64,000 nucleotides of DNA from the NCBI GenBank assembly GCA_963742405.1, contig CAVUMB010000010.1, forward strand, positions 80,957-144,956. The letters are read 5' to 3'. A program made the position numbers and the translations under genes. Position 1 is the first letter of the stretch. The number at the start of each line of letters is the position of its first letter. The notes below the pieces were generated by a model. The model was given only the letters and a program-made list of their open reading frames with translations. It did no database searches and had not been told where the DNA came from. Positions 16,540 through 26,685 of the stretch are shown piece after piece. Origin of the DNA: an uncultured Alphaproteobacteria bacterium. GTDB lineage: Bacteria > Pseudomonadota > Alphaproteobacteria > Rhizobiales > Hyphomicrobiaceae.

Positions 16540-18555
16540 TCAAACGAACTCGATGATGACCGCATCAACCGCCAGGCTGTCGCCCGGCTTGGCATTGACC
16601 TTTTTCACTTTGCCGTCGATCTCCGCCTTGAGGATGTTCTCCATCTTCATCGCCTCGACGACAGCCAATGGATCCCCGGCCTTAACCTCCGCGCCCTCGT
16701 CCACGTTGATGGCCTTGACCAATCCTGGCATCGGGCAGAGCAGGAACTTCGACATATCGGCCGCAACCTTGATCGGCATCAGAGCCGCAAGTTGCGCCTC
16801 ACGAATCGTGAAGACATGCACCGGCACGGTGATACCCCGATACGAAAGCGTCAGCCCGTTCAGCCGCGACCGCACCATGATCGACACGTCGCGGTTGTTC
16901 ACCTTGCCGTGCCAGATCGGATCGCCCGGCACCCAGCTTGAAACGATCGAGATCGTCTCCCCGCGCGCATCGTCCGGTCCCATCATCGTCACCGCAAACG
17001 AGTGGCCCTCTCCCGCGACTTCCATTTTCAGCTGGTCGTCACCGATCTTGACGACGCGGGTCTTGGCAAAGCTGACCGCTGTGCCCGACATCTGATGCGT
17101 AATCTTGCGGCGGCGTATGTTCTGCTGGTGATCGATCACAGCAGCGACAGAGGCCAGCACACGGCGCTCCTCGCCTTCCGCCGAGCGTGCCTTGAAGCCG
17201 TCTGGGTACTCTTCCTTGATGAAACCGGTCGAAATCTTGCCCGAGATCCAGCGCGGGTGCTGCATCACCGCCTGCAGGAAGGGAATGTTGTGCTGAATGC
17301 CGTCGATGTAGAAGGCGTCGAGCGCGTCGGCCTGGGCCGCAATCGCTTTTTCGCGTGTCGATGCGTGAGTCACGAGCTTGGCGATCATCGGATCGTAGTA
17401 CATGGAGATCTCGCCGCCCTCGAAGACGCCGGTATCGTTGCGCACCGTCGCCCCTTCCCGCGCGCCCTCCACCGGCGGCCGATATTTTACTAACCGGCCG
17501 ATCGAGGGCAGGAAGTTGCGGAACGGGTCTTCGGCATAGACGCGACTTTCGACCGCCCAGCCGTTCAGTTTGATGTCGGACTGCTTGAAAGGCAGCTTTT
17601 CCCCTGCCGCGACCCGGATCATCTGCTCGACAAGGTCGATCCCGGTGATCATCTCCGTAACCGGATGTTCGACCTGGAGCCGCGTATTCATTTCAAGGAA
17701 GAAGAATGACCGGTCCTGTCCGGCAACAAATTCCACCGTCCCAGCGCTGTCGTAGCCGACCGCCTTGGCCAGCGCGACAGACTGTTCGCCCATGGCCTTA
17801 CGGGTCTTTTCATCCAGCAGCGGCGACGGCGCCTCTTCCAGCACTTTTTGATTGCGACGCTGAATGGAGCACTCACGCTCGCCCAGATAGACGACGTTCC
17901 CGTGCTTGTCGCCGAGCACCTGAATTTCGATGTGGCGCGGATTTTCGATGAACTTTTCGACAAAGCAGCGGTCGTCGCCGAACGAAGATTTGGCTTCCGA
18001 ACGCGCCAATTCAAACCCTTCGGCCGCCTCTGCCGCGTTGTAGGCGACGCGCATACCCTTGCCGCCGCCGCCGGCCGACGCCTTGATCATTACCGGGTAA
18101 CCGATGCTATTGGAGATCTCGACCGCATGTTTGGCGTCGCTGATCTCGCCCATGTAGCCGGGAACCGTCGAAACCTTGGCAGCGGCCGCCGCCTTCTTGG
18201 ATTCGATCTTATCGCCCATGGCCGCAATGGCATGCGGGTTGGGACCGATGAAAACGATGCCGGCCTTGGCCAGCGCCACCGGGAACGCTTCACGTTCCGA
18301 CAAGAAACCGTAACCAGGATGCACCGCCTCGGCCCCGGTTTGTTTGCAGGCTTCGATGATCTTTTCGATGATCAGATAGGACTGGGCCGCCGGCGCCGGA
18401 CCGATATGCACCGCCTCGTCCGCCATTTCGACGTGAAGCGCCTCTCGGTCGGCATCCGAGTACACGGCCACGGTCTTGATGCCCATTTTGCGCGCGGTCT
18501 TGATGACGCGGCAGGCGATCTCGCCGCGGTTGGCAATCAGGATCTTCTTGAACAT
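16540..18555 (-). CDS. pccA: propionyl-CoA carboxylase alpha subunit (biotin carboxylase + biotin carrier)
   Basis: ORF 16540..18786 trimmed to ATG 18555: MFKKILIANRGEIACRVIKTARKMGIKTVAVYSDADR. ATP-grasp core, and C-terminal biotinylation motif VVEAMKMEN. Confidence 0.8.
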   Translation of the reverse strand: MFKKILIANRGEIACRVIKTARKMGIKTVAVYSDADREALHVEMADEAVHIGPAPAAQSYLIIEKIIEACKQTGAEAVHPGYGFLSEREAFPVALAKAGIVFIGPNPHAIAAMGDKIESKKAAAAAKVSTVPGYMGEISDAKHAVEISNSIGYPVMIKASAGGGGKGMRVAYNAAEAAEGFELARSEAKSSFGDDRCFVEKFIENPRHIEIQVLGDKHGNVVYLGERECSIQRRNQKVLEEAPSPLLDEKTRKAMGEQSVALAKAVGYDSAGTVEFVAGQDRSFFFLEMNTRLQVEHPVTEMITGIDLVEQMIRVAAGEKLPFKQSDIKLNGWAVESRVYAEDPFRNFLPSIGRLVKYRPPVEGAREGATVRNDTGVFEGGEISMYYDPMIAKLVTHASTREKAIAAQADALDAFYIDGIQHNIPFLQAVMQHPRWISGKISTGFIKEEYPDGFKARSAEGEERRVLASVAAVIDHQQNIRRRKITHQMSGTAVSFAKTRVVKIGDDQLKMEVAGEGHSFAVTMMGPDDARGETISIVSSWVPGDPIWHGKVNNRDVSIMVRSRLNGLTLSYRGITVPVHVFTIREAQLAALMPIKVAADMSKFLLCPMPGLVKAINVDEGAEVKAGDPLAVVEAMKMENILKAEIDGKVKKVNAKPGDSLAVDAVIIEFV

Positions 18556-18811
18556 CGCGGATGCAGTCCCGTCTTGGTTTTTTAGGGCTGGAATAGGGGA
18601 AGGTAGACGGCTGGTTCTAGACGCCTCGCAACTGTACGTAAACGGGCAACATGGCGCGCCCGCGCCGGCGTTCGCACGTCCCGCCCGGCCTGAAACCATT
18701 AATAAGCGCAATGGCGGGAATGAGCCCACGCCAATCAAATCCGTCCGATAGCAAAGGCCCCGGCGCTCAGCACCGGGGCCCAACAAGTGATCGCTGACGG
18801 TCAGATCAGGG

Positions 18812-19816
18812 TCAGGCTGCGCTCGTCTTCCGGACGAGATCGACGAGTGCCGGATGCAGCATGGTCGCCTCGCGGCGCAGATAGTCGATGAGCGCCAGTT
18901 CAGTCGGCGTCAGCTTGTCGTCCCGCGTCAGCCGCTCGACGAGCCAGGCAGCCTCACCCTCGGTAATCTCCTCATTGGTGATGATCTCGATACGCTGCCG
19001 CTCGAGTCGAGCCAGTGCGCGTTCCTCCGAACTTTGTTCGCAATATGCATTCCAGACGCTGCCGAGGCTGCCCGTCACCATGGCGCCGATGAGGTTCGGG
19101 ACCGCCAAGTCGCCGCGCGTCTTGAGCCAGGCGTCCGATCGCAACGCCTCTTCCCGGCTCGGCGGGGCATAGCCCGAGGCCGCCAGAATAACATTGGCCA
19201 TTGCCTTGACGAACAGATCCGTCCATGCCGCACTCGGCATGCCGTCAGCGAGGCTTTCTTCGATCGCAATTAAAACCTCGGCCTCCGCGCGCGTGATGGC
19301 GATGTTGCCGTCACCGCCGAAGGCATAAAGCACCCGCCGCACCAGATCGACTTCGGCGTCTGTGATTTTGCCCGTCGACCGCGTCCCGTGAGCACGCAGC
19401 GGGCCATCGCCCTCCACGACCGCGCGCCGGACCTCCTCCAGCGCAAAACGCACGAGCCGTTCCGGCGACCAGCGCGCCGTGTCCAAGACGTGCAGCAGCA
19501 GGTCGAGTTCGGTTTTCGTTCGAACCTCGCCATCCGGCGCGATCATTGCGATCAGCCAGTCGGCGTTGGCGGCCGTGACGTAGCCTTCCGGCTCGGCCTG
19601 ATTGACGATAAAATCGGACATGGCTTGCACGAAAAACGGCGCCCAGGCCGCGTCCTGAACCGGACAGGCTCCATTGAGACGAATCAGATCTTGCGCTTCA
19701 TCGCGGCTAATCAGGCCGTCGTCGTAAAACGACTGGCGCATCCGCGTCACGTCCTGTTCGCGAATGCTGCCGCGGCTGACCATGTCGTCCACCGAAACCG
19801 ACCGCAGGATGCTCAT
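18812..19816 (-). CDS. conserved hypothetical protein with internal repeats
   Basis: ORF 18812..19837. ATG 19816 is preceded by GGGGAA. Repeated I(S/T)xxEAxxLI modules (ISRDEAQDLIRLN, ITRAEAEVLIAIE, ITEGEAAWLVERL) and duplicated AAWxxxFVxAMxxxI segments. Confidence 0.55.
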   Translation of the reverse strand: MSILRSVSVDDMVSRGSIREQDVTRMRQSFYDDGLISRDEAQDLIRLNGACPVQDAAWAPFFVQAMSDFIVNQAEPEGYVTAANADWLIAMIAPDGEVRTKTELDLLLHVLDTARWSPERLVRFALEEVRRAVVEGDGPLRAHGTRSTGKITDAEVDLVRRVLYAFGGDGNIAITRAEAEVLIAIEESLADGMPSAAWTDLFVKAMANVILAASGYAPPSREEALRSDAWLKTRGDLAVPNLIGAMVTGSLGSVWNAYCEQSSEERALARLERQRIEIITNEEITEGEAAWLVERLTRDDKLTPTELALIDYLRREATMLHPALVDLVRKTSAA

Positions 19817-19965
19817 GACGTTCCCCATACCCAGCAATAACTGAAAACCATTGCAGGGAAACGCTACCGGCCGGGGCTTACCAAACTCCTAAGCCATGTG
19901 CCGGTTTGCGCATGGCAAGCCCAATTGTTGCACATTTGCATTCAGCGTCCGCTGCACCGTGCAAC

Positions 19966-19995
19966 ATAAAAAAGGCCGCCCGGAGGGGCGGCCTT
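19966..19995 (-). terminator. rho-independent terminator
   Basis: 10-bp stem AAGGCCGCCC/GGGCGGCCTT with a 4-nt loop, followed on the minus strand by TTTTTTAT. It lies 27 nt past the stop at 20022. Confidence 0.6.
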
Positions 19996-20021
19996 AAGGT
20001 TGGGAGGAGCATTCGAGGCGA

Positions 20022-20363
20022 TCAGTTGCCGATGCGTGGCAAAAAGCCGAGACGGCGACGGCTATCCGTTTTTTCCGCATAGATGTGCGACCGGGCATCG
20101 TTCTGCATGTTCCTCAAAATGCGCTTGTCACTCGCAGAGAGATGACCGTCCGCCTTGAGCAGCTTTTCCATGCGCATGATCCGCTGTTGCTCGGCGCGCA
20201 GACGACGGCCTTCCAACCAAGTGATGCTCCCGGTCTGGCGACCTTCCTCAATGGCAAGACGCTGATTGATCGAGCGCTGCTCAGCAGTGTGGGCCGAAGC
20301 GATGGCTGTGCCGGCGGCAAGAAATGCGGCGGCCAAGGCGAACGTACGGGTTAGGCTGGTCAT
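20022..20363 (-). CDS. small periplasmic helical protein, unknown function
   Basis: ORF 20022..20414 trimmed to ATG 20363 (GGAGA SD). Signal MTSLTRTFALAAAFLAAGTAIASAHT, then a charged helical sequence. Confidence 0.55.
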   Translation of the reverse strand: MTSLTRTFALAAAFLAAGTAIASAHTAEQRSINQRLAIEEGRQTGSITWLEGRRLRAEQQRIMRMEKLLKADGHLSASDKRILRNMQNDARSHIYAEKTDSRRRLGFLPRIGN

Positions 20364-20493
20364 GACGGTCTCCGGTGGATCTCGAGGCGGAGCCATTTGC
20401 CCCGCCATGTCCAAGACCCTAGGAGATCACGGCTGAACCGGTTCTGAACCCCGTTTGCAGCCGCCGTTCATCTTTATACCAGCCGTGCTCGGT

Positions 20494-20934
20494 TCACCGC
20501 CGCACCATACTGATCGTGGCAAAACCCGCGCTTCCCGTAAGATAAACGGTCTGGCGCTTGCCGCTCAGGATCACTCGGATACGTCCAGTGACTCCAAACT
20601 CCGGATTGTAGAATGTGCCGCCGTAGCGGTTTTGCGTGTTCTCGCTGAGGATTGCGGTTTGAGACACTTTGGCGGCAGCAGTCGCGCAAGTAGCCGACAT
20701 CGCATAAGAGCGTCCGCCGGCGTGAGTATAACTGGCCCGGCAACGTGCTTTTTCCTTCGCGCCACTCGCCAACGTCACGGTGCCGCTTCCACTCCACGAG
20801 CCGGAGAGTTCACCAGCCGCAGCGGCCGGCACGGGTGCGATGACGGCGAAAGCCGCGACGATGGCACCAACCGCGACAGCGGTTGAACGAATAGCTGCGA
20901 ACGTACGCGGAAGTCTTGCGGAGCATGCAAACAT
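20494..20934 (-). CDS. exported hypothetical protein
   Basis: ORF 20494..21102 trimmed to ATG 20934 (GGGAGA SD). Signal ...AVGAIVAAFAVIAPVPAAAAG. Gly/Ser/Thr-rich, beta-like body. Confidence 0.55.
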   Translation of the reverse strand: MFACSARLPRTFAAIRSTAVAVGAIVAAFAVIAPVPAAAAGELSGSWSGSGTVTLASGAKEKARCRASYTHAGGRSYAMSATCATAAAKVSQTAILSENTQNRYGGTFYNPEFGVTGRIRVILSGKRQTVYLTGSAGFATISMVRR

Positions 20935-21030
20935 CGGATTTCTCCCTAGCCTCCGCGTCAGGATCAAAACGCGGGCTTCCCAGATAAGATAGGTACGGTC
21001 GCAAGGTTCCGCGACCGGCCGGCGCCCCAT

Positions 21031-21064
21031 AAAGAAAAGGCGCGCCACATAAATGCAGCGCGCC
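21031..21064 (-). terminator. rho-independent terminator candidate downstream of clpA
   Basis: Stem GGCGCGC/GCGCGCC (21039-45 / 21058-64), followed on the minus strand by TTTTCTTTAT. A second hairpin, GGCTCGTC-CCGC-GACGAGCC, lies at 21081-21100. Confidence 0.45.
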
Positions 21065-21112
21065 GATCGTAGCGCGAGTCGGCTCGTCCCGCGACGAGCC
21101 ACTAGCTATGGA

Positions 21113-23560
21113 CTACTCATCTTTCTTGCGCGGCACGCCAGGAACGGAACCGCCCAAACGTGTGGGCTTATCCTTTTTATCCTTCGGACCGGGCAGGGCC
21201 TTGCGCGGCGCGTTGTCGACGAGTGCTGTTTCCGGCTCATCGTCGTCGTCCGCACCCGATTCTGGCTTGCGGCTGCCGGGCTCGGCAGGAATGAACTCGA
21301 ACGCCAAGCGCTTTTCGAGGCCCTTACCTTCGAGATCGATCTTCACCGTGCCACCGTGCTCCAGCTTGCCGAACAACAGTTCGTCGGCAAGTGGCTTCTT
21401 GATGTGCTCCTGGATCACGCGGCCGAGCGGCCGCGCACCGAACTTCTCATCGTACCCGATCTCGCCGATCCACTTGCGCGCCGCGTCCGTGAGTTCGATC
21501 GTGACCGACCGTTCCGACAGCTGCGCCTCAAGCTGGAAGATGAACTTGTCAACCACGCGCGCGATGACGTCCGCCGGCAGGCCGCCGAATGCAATGACTG
21601 CATCGAGCCGATTACGAAACTCCGGCGTGAACATCCGGTTGACGGCATCCGTGTCCTCGCCTTCGCGGCGGCCACGTTCAAACCCCATCGGCGGCTTGGC
21701 GAGATCCGACGCACCGGCATTCGTCGTCATAATCAGAATGACGTTCCGGAAGTCGACCGACTTACCGGAGTGATCGGTCAACTTGCCGTGGTCCATGACC
21801 TGCAACAGGATGTTGTAGAGATCAGGGTGGGCCTTCTCAATTTCGTCGAGCAGGAGTACCGAGTGCGGGTGCTGATCGACGCCGTCGGTCAGCAGTCCAC
21901 CCTGATCGAACCCGACATAGCCCGGAGGCGCGCCGATGAGGCGAGAGACCGAGTGCTTCTCCATATATTCGGACATGTCGAAGCGGAGCAGCTCGACGCC
22001 GAGCAGATTGGCGAGCTGCTTGGCCACTTCGGTTTTGCCGACGCCCGTCGGACCCGAAAACAGGTAGCAGCCGATCGGCTTTTCCGGTTCGCGCAACCCC
22101 GCCCGCGCCAGCTTGATCGCCGAAGCCAGCGCCGAGATGGCCTTGTCCTGGCCGAAAACGAGCCGCTTCAAATCCTTCTCGAGGTTGTGCAGCACATCCG
22201 AGTCCGTCTTGGATACGGTCTTGGGAGGAATGCGCGCCATCGTGGCAATCGTTGTCTCGATCTCCTTGACGGTGATCTTCTTCTTCCGCTTTGACTCCGC
22301 AACCAGCATCTGCGCCGCGCCCAATTCATCGATCACGTCGATCGCCTTGTCGGGCAGCTTGCGGTCATGGATGTAGCGCGCCGATAGTTCCACCGCCGCT
22401 TTGATCGCGTCGTTGGTGTACTTCAGCTTGTGATACTCTTCGAAGTACGGCTTCAGCCCCTTCAGGATCTCGATCGCGTCGGCCACGGTCGGCTCGTTGA
22501 CGTCGATCTTCTGGAAACGCCGGACGAGCGCGCGATCCTTCTCGAAGTGCTGCCGGTACTCCTTGTAGGTGGTCGACCCGATGCAGCGCAGCGCGCCCGA
22601 CTGCAGCGCCGGCTTCAACAGGTTGGACGCATCCATCGCACCGCCCGAAGTCGCCCCCGCACCGATGACGGTATGGATTTCATCGATGAACAAGACCGCG
22701 CCCGGATAGGCCTCGGCTTCCTTCATGACGGCCTTGAGCCGTTCTTCGAAATCGCCCCGGTAGCGCGTTCCGGCGAGCAGAGATCCCATGTCGAGAGCAA
22801 AGATCGTGGCATCGCGCAAAACCTCGGGCACTTCGCCGCGAATGATCTTGCGCGCCAATCCTTCCGCGATCGCAGTCTTGCCGACACCGGGATCGCCGAC
22901 GAGCAGAGGGTTGTTCTTCTGGCGGCGGCAGAGCACCTGGATCGTGCGCAGCACCTCCGGCTCACGGCCGATCAACGGATCGATCTTGCCGTCGCGGGCC
23001 TTGCGATTGAGGTTGACGCAATAGGTATTGAGCGCGTCCTGCTGGCCCTTCTTATCCTCACCCGTTTCCGTTTGCTCAGTCTCCTCTGCGCCACGCACGA
23101 CGCGCGGCTCCGACATACCGGGCCGTTTCGCGATGCCGTGGCTGATATACTGGACGGCATCGAAGCGCGTCATGTCCTGCTCCTGCAGGAAGAACGCAGC
23201 ATGGCTCTCGCGCTCGGCAAAGATCGCGACGAGCACATTGGCGCCCGTCACTTCTTCGCGACCGGACGACTGAACGTGCACGACAGCGCGGTGAATGACG
23301 CGCTGGAAGCCCGGCGTTGGCGACGCCTCCGACACGGTCTTGGACGTAATCGCGGTGAACTCGCTGTCGAGATACTCCGTGATGCGCGCGCGCAACCGGT
23401 CGACATCGACGTTGCAAGCTCTGAGCACGGCCGCCGCGTCACGGTCATCGATCAATGCGGCGAGCAAATGCTCCAACGTCGCGTATTCGTGTGACCGCTG
23501 GTTGGCGAACTCCAATGCGCGGTGCAGAGTAATCTCTAGATTTTTCGAGAAGGACGGCAC
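21113..23560 (-). CDS. clpA: ATP-dependent Clp protease ATP-binding subunit ClpA
   Basis: 815-aa ORF with a ClpA N-domain, two AAA+ modules ([30 protein letters not shown]), and clpS directly upstream. Confidence 0.95.
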   Translation of the reverse strand: MPSFSKNLEITLHRALEFANQRSHEYATLEHLLAALIDDRDAAAVLRACNVDVDRLRARITEYLDSEFTAITSKTVSEASPTPGFQRVIHRAVVHVQSSGREEVTGANVLVAIFAERESHAAFFLQEQDMTRFDAVQYISHGIAKRPGMSEPRVVRGAEETEQTETGEDKKGQQDALNTYCVNLNRKARDGKIDPLIGREPEVLRTIQVLCRRQKNNPLLVGDPGVGKTAIAEGLARKIIRGEVPEVLRDATIFALDMGSLLAGTRYRGDFEERLKAVMKEAEAYPGAVLFIDEIHTVIGAGATSGGAMDASNLLKPALQSGALRCIGSTTYKEYRQHFEKDRALVRRFQKIDVNEPTVADAIEILKGLKPYFEEYHKLKYTNDAIKAAVELSARYIHDRKLPDKAIDVIDELGAAQMLVAESKRKKKITVKEIETTIATMARIPPKTVSKTDSDVLHNLEKDLKRLVFGQDKAISALASAIKLARAGLREPEKPIGCYLFSGPTGVGKTEVAKQLANLLGVELLRFDMSEYMEKHSVSRLIGAPPGYVGFDQGGLLTDGVDQHPHSVLLLDEIEKAHPDLYNILLQVMDHGKLTDHSGKSVDFRNVILIMTTNAGASDLAKPPMGFERGRREGEDTDAVNRMFTPEFRNRLDAVIAFGGLPADVIARVVDKFIFQLEAQLSERSVTIELTDAARKWIGEIGYDEKFGARPLGRVIQEHIKKPLADELLFGKLEHGGTVKIDLEGKGLEKRLAFEFIPAEPGSRKPESGADDDDEPETALVDNAPRKALPGPKDKKDKPTRLGGSVPGVPRKKDE

Positions 23561-23567
23561 GTCTGAC

Positions 23568-23969
23568 CTACTCTTTCTCCAAAGTGCATTTGAGAGGGTG
23601 CCCGTGCTGGCGGGAGAAGTCCATAACCAAAGTTACTTTGGCTTCAGCGACTTCGTAAGTGAACACACCACACACACCGACACCTTTTCGATGCACGGTC
23701 AGCATGATGTCGGTCGCTTCCTGGCGACCTTTCTGGAAGAACTTCTCAAGCACGTGCACGACGAATTCCATCGGCGTGTAGTCGTCATTCAGCAGCAGAA
23801 CTTTGTACAGAGATGGCTTCTTGGTCTTGGGCCGTGTTTTGGTGACAATGCCGGTTTTGCCCTGATCGCCATTACCGCCCTGGCCCTGATCCTTGTCGGA
23901 CCCAGCTCCACGTGGCTGCCCCTCGATGATCGTCTGCCGCCGTTCAGCCATGCCCTCGATCGTGCCCAT
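23568..23969 (-). CDS. clpS: ATP-dependent Clp protease adaptor ClpS
   Basis: ORF 23568..24218 trimmed to ATG 23969 (GGAAGG SD; ATG 23951 is an alternative). Core [27 protein letters not shown]...[17 protein letters not shown]. Confidence 0.85.
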   Translation of the reverse strand: MGTIEGMAERRQTIIEGQPRGAGSDKDQGQGGNGDQGKTGIVTKTRPKTKKPSLYKVLLLNDDYTPMEFVVHVLEKFFQKGRQEATDIMLTVHRKGVGVCGVFTYEVAEAKVTLVMDFSRQHGHPLKCTLEKE

Positions 23970-24174
23970 GTTCGCGGCCTTCCGGCCGTCTCTCCGCCAA
24001 TACAATAGCGCTCCGTCAACGGCTGGCGCAGCTCTTAGTTCAGTCCAACCCGGCGACGGCGACAAGGACCGTCCGCCGGTCGACACATTACACCTCTTGT
24101 ACGCTGGCAAGCTGCCGGGCGGATGCGATACGCACACATCATCGCTTGGGCTATGTGGGGACACACTGCGACGC

Positions 24175-24203
24175 AAAAAAGGCCCGGATGCTGGACCCGG
24201 GCC
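24175..24203 (-). terminator. rho-independent terminator after the phasin gene
   Basis: Stem GGCCCGG/CCGGGCC followed on the minus strand by TTTTTT. Confidence 0.6.
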
Positions 24204-24238
24204 TCGACGAATTGGCAACCAGCTGGTCGCCTGGCCGT

Positions 24239-24562
24239 TCAGCGGCTGCCCGGGAAGACACCTGGCTTGAAAGCATCTTTTGCAAGCGACTGATACATCG
24301 CGCCGATCTTGGACATCTGCTGCATGTAATCTTCATAAGCACGCTTGGCATAGGTCGTCTGGATCTCGAGCGCCTGTTCGACGGACTTTGCCGAGGCAAG
24401 TTTTTCGAAAGCGGCGGTACCGTCTTCAAAGGCGCGCTTGGAGTAATCCGTCATCTCGCTGGCGATTGCCTGCCAGCTTTTGTTCCAATCACCCATCATC
24501 TTCATATAGCCATCCATTCCGGTCTGGCTGAGCTTTTGAATATCCTGGAAGTTATTGATCAT
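24239..24562 (-). CDS. phasin family protein (PHA granule-associated)
   Basis: 107-aa ORF: [55 protein letters not shown]..., typical alphaproteobacterial phasin. Confidence 0.8.
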   Translation of the reverse strand: MINNFQDIQKLSQTGMDGYMKMMGDWNKSWQAIASEMTDYSKRAFEDGTAAFEKLASAKSVEQALEIQTTYAKRAYEDYMQQMSKIGAMYQSLAKDAFKPGVFPGSR

Positions 24563-24646
24563 GCGGGACCACCTTTCTGTTTTGAGGCCGGGCCGGGCAC
24601 TCGAAATCGTTGCGCCGTGTCGAGCCGAGCAAGGATTTCAATATAG

Positions 24647-24687
24647 CTGCAGCGCAGCATAACAAAAGAGCAAATATCGCAATGCAG
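24647..24687. promoter_or_regulatory. two PhaR-like operator half-palindromes upstream of the phasin gene
   Basis: CTGCAGCGCAG (24647-57, fits CTGC-N3-GCAG) and TCGCAATGCAG (24677-87, one mismatch), 30 bp apart and 85-125 nt upstream of the phasin ATG. Confidence 0.3.
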
Positions 24688-24909
24688 CAAACCATGTTGG
24701 TTATGCATTGTATTTACCCTAATGAAGGCGTTTTGCGCTAGCCTCATTTCTTCAACCGAGGGCATTTGTCCCGAACCGGCCCCAAAGCCGCCCATAACGG
24801 CGGGCTTAATGAGGGAACGGAGGGACAACCCGAGCCAAGCGGATCAATCCGCGGGCTTCGGACGACGACCCCCGGCCATGACAGGTCAGGTATTCGAGGC
24901 GTCAAATCG

Positions 24910-26682
24910 GTGCGTTGGAATTCGCAGTTGAGTTTTGCTCGCTTACTGTGTGCCGGGCTGGCCATGCTGGCTTGGACCGCAGCCCCGGCATTGGCCGGCG
25001 AAAAAGCGTCGGCCATGGTCATCGACGCCAACACGGGCCGGATCCTGTACGATAAGGCAGGCAGTGAACCCCGGTTTCCTGCGTCCCTCACCAAGATGAT
25101 GACGCTTTATCTTGCGTTCGAGACAATCGAAGCAGGCCGCTTGAATTTTTCGTCCCCCCTGACGGTGAGCGAGCACGCCGCCAACGCGGCACCGTCAAAG
25201 CTTGGGCTGGAGAGCGGCTCTGAAATCACGGTTCGTGATGCCATCAAGGCTCTGGTTGTGAAATCGGCCAACGATATGGCCATCGCCATGGCCGAAAAAA
25301 TCAGCGGCAATGAAGAGGCGTTTGCCAAGCTGATGACCAAACGAGCCCGTCAAATCGGCATGAGCGACACGACATTCCAAAATGCCTCCGGCCTACCCGA
25401 CCCCGAGCAGGTCACCACAGCGCGCGATATGTTGACCCTCGCCATGCGCCTTCAGGATGACTTCCCGCAGCACTATCGTCTGTTTGCAACGCGAGCCTTC
25501 TCCTATGGCGGCAAAACCTATCGCACACACAATGCTTTGCTGGGCCGCTTCCCCGGCGTAGACGGCATCAAGACCGGCTACACCCGCGCCTCGGGCTTCA
25601 ACCTCGTGTCGTCCTATCGAGCCGGCGGCAAGCATGTCGTCGCCGCGGTGTTTGGCGGCGCCAGTGCCGGACTTCGCGACGCCCACATGCGCATGCTCCT
25701 GGCGCGTGCCATCGATAAAGCATCAACGGAGCGCTCGCGTAAGTCGGCGCCGCAGCTGATCGCAGAAGCGCAACCGGCCAAACGGCCTGCAGCCAAGGCC
25801 GCTGCAAAGCCAGAACCGCGCAGCGCCCCGGCGCCCGCTCCCGTTGTTGTTGCGGCTGCCGAACCCGCAGCTCTGTCCATCAGTCCACCTTCTGACGCCT
25901 TACCGCCAAAACCAACACCGGTCACCGTCGCGCCAACGATCGCAATTGCCAAGGTCCGGACCGTTTCCGTTTTGCAGCAAAACGACTCTGTCGAATCGGC
26001 CTCACTTCAAATTCGCCCCCCGGCGACGACGACTACGTCGGCGGCGGCAGACCCAACGGCAGCCGCCGCGCTGAGCTTCGCGGGAACGTCCACCCGGCCA
26101 GATTTTGCGGCCCTCAAAGCCGAACTTTTAGCGCGTGCCGCTGAATCGTCCGATGCGGATGCGACCCACCCGGCATTGCCGGCGGCAAGTCCCGCTCTTT
26201 TTGCCCAACCCACGCCGGATGCGGCAGGCTTGATCGCCGCCAAGGTCGACCGTGCGCGTCCGCCGTCCACGCTGCAAGCGCAGCTGGCAAGTTTTACCGC
26301 CGACCCCGATCCGTTGAACACCACTCCGACAGGCACGAGGCCTGCTCTCCGGTCAGCCGTCGCCGACATGCCTGCTCCCGTTCCCGTGCCCGTTTCAACG
26401 GGCGTCTCGCGCACGTCCGCTGGCCCAGCCCCGACCTCAGGTTTCCATGTTCAGATCGGTGTTTATAGCTCACCCTCCGACGCCGAGCGTGCGATGGCCA
26501 ACGCCCGCGAACGAGCCGGCCATGTTCTGGATGACCGGGCACCCATTGCCGTCCCGCTTAACAAAGGCGACAAGCAGCTTTATCGCGCACGTTTCGCCGG
26601 GTTCGACAGCGCATCGGCCACGAGCGCCTGCAACGAACTGCGCCGCAATGGGCTCGACTGTTTCGTTGCCCGCCCCAATTAA
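24910..26682 (+). CDS. D-alanyl-D-alanine carboxypeptidase (S11, PBP5-like) with C-terminal SPOR domain
   Basis: ORF 24766..26682. Motifs ASLTKMMT (SxxK), VKSANDMA (SxN), KTGYT (KTG). Ala/Pro-rich linker. C-terminal FHVQIGVYSS...LYRARFAGF (SPOR-like). Start GTG 24910 is inferred from the position of the signal peptide. Confidence 0.8.
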   Translation: MRWNSQLSFARLLCAGLAMLAWTAAPALAGEKASAMVIDANTGRILYDKAGSEPRFPASLTKMMTLYLAFETIEAGRLNFSSPLTVSEHAANAAPSKLGLESGSEITVRDAIKALVVKSANDMAIAMAEKISGNEEAFAKLMTKRARQIGMSDTTFQNASGLPDPEQVTTARDMLTLAMRLQDDFPQHYRLFATRAFSYGGKTYRTHNALLGRFPGVDGIKTGYTRASGFNLVSSYRAGGKHVVAAVFGGASAGLRDAHMRMLLARAIDKASTERSRKSAPQLIAEAQPAKRPAAKAAAKPEPRSAPAPAPVVVAAAEPAALSISPPSDALPPKPTPVTVAPTIAIAKVRTVSVLQQNDSVESASLQIRPPATTTTSAAADPTAAAALSFAGTSTRPDFAALKAELLARAAESSDADATHPALPAASPALFAQPTPDAAGLIAAKVDRARPPSTLQAQLASFTADPDPLNTTPTGTRPALRSAVADMPAPVPVPVSTGVSRTSAGPAPTSGFHVQIGVYSSPSDAERAMANARERAGHVLDDRAPIAVPLNKGDKQLYRARFAGFDSASATSACNELRRNGLDCFVARPN

Positions 26683-26685
26683 GCG

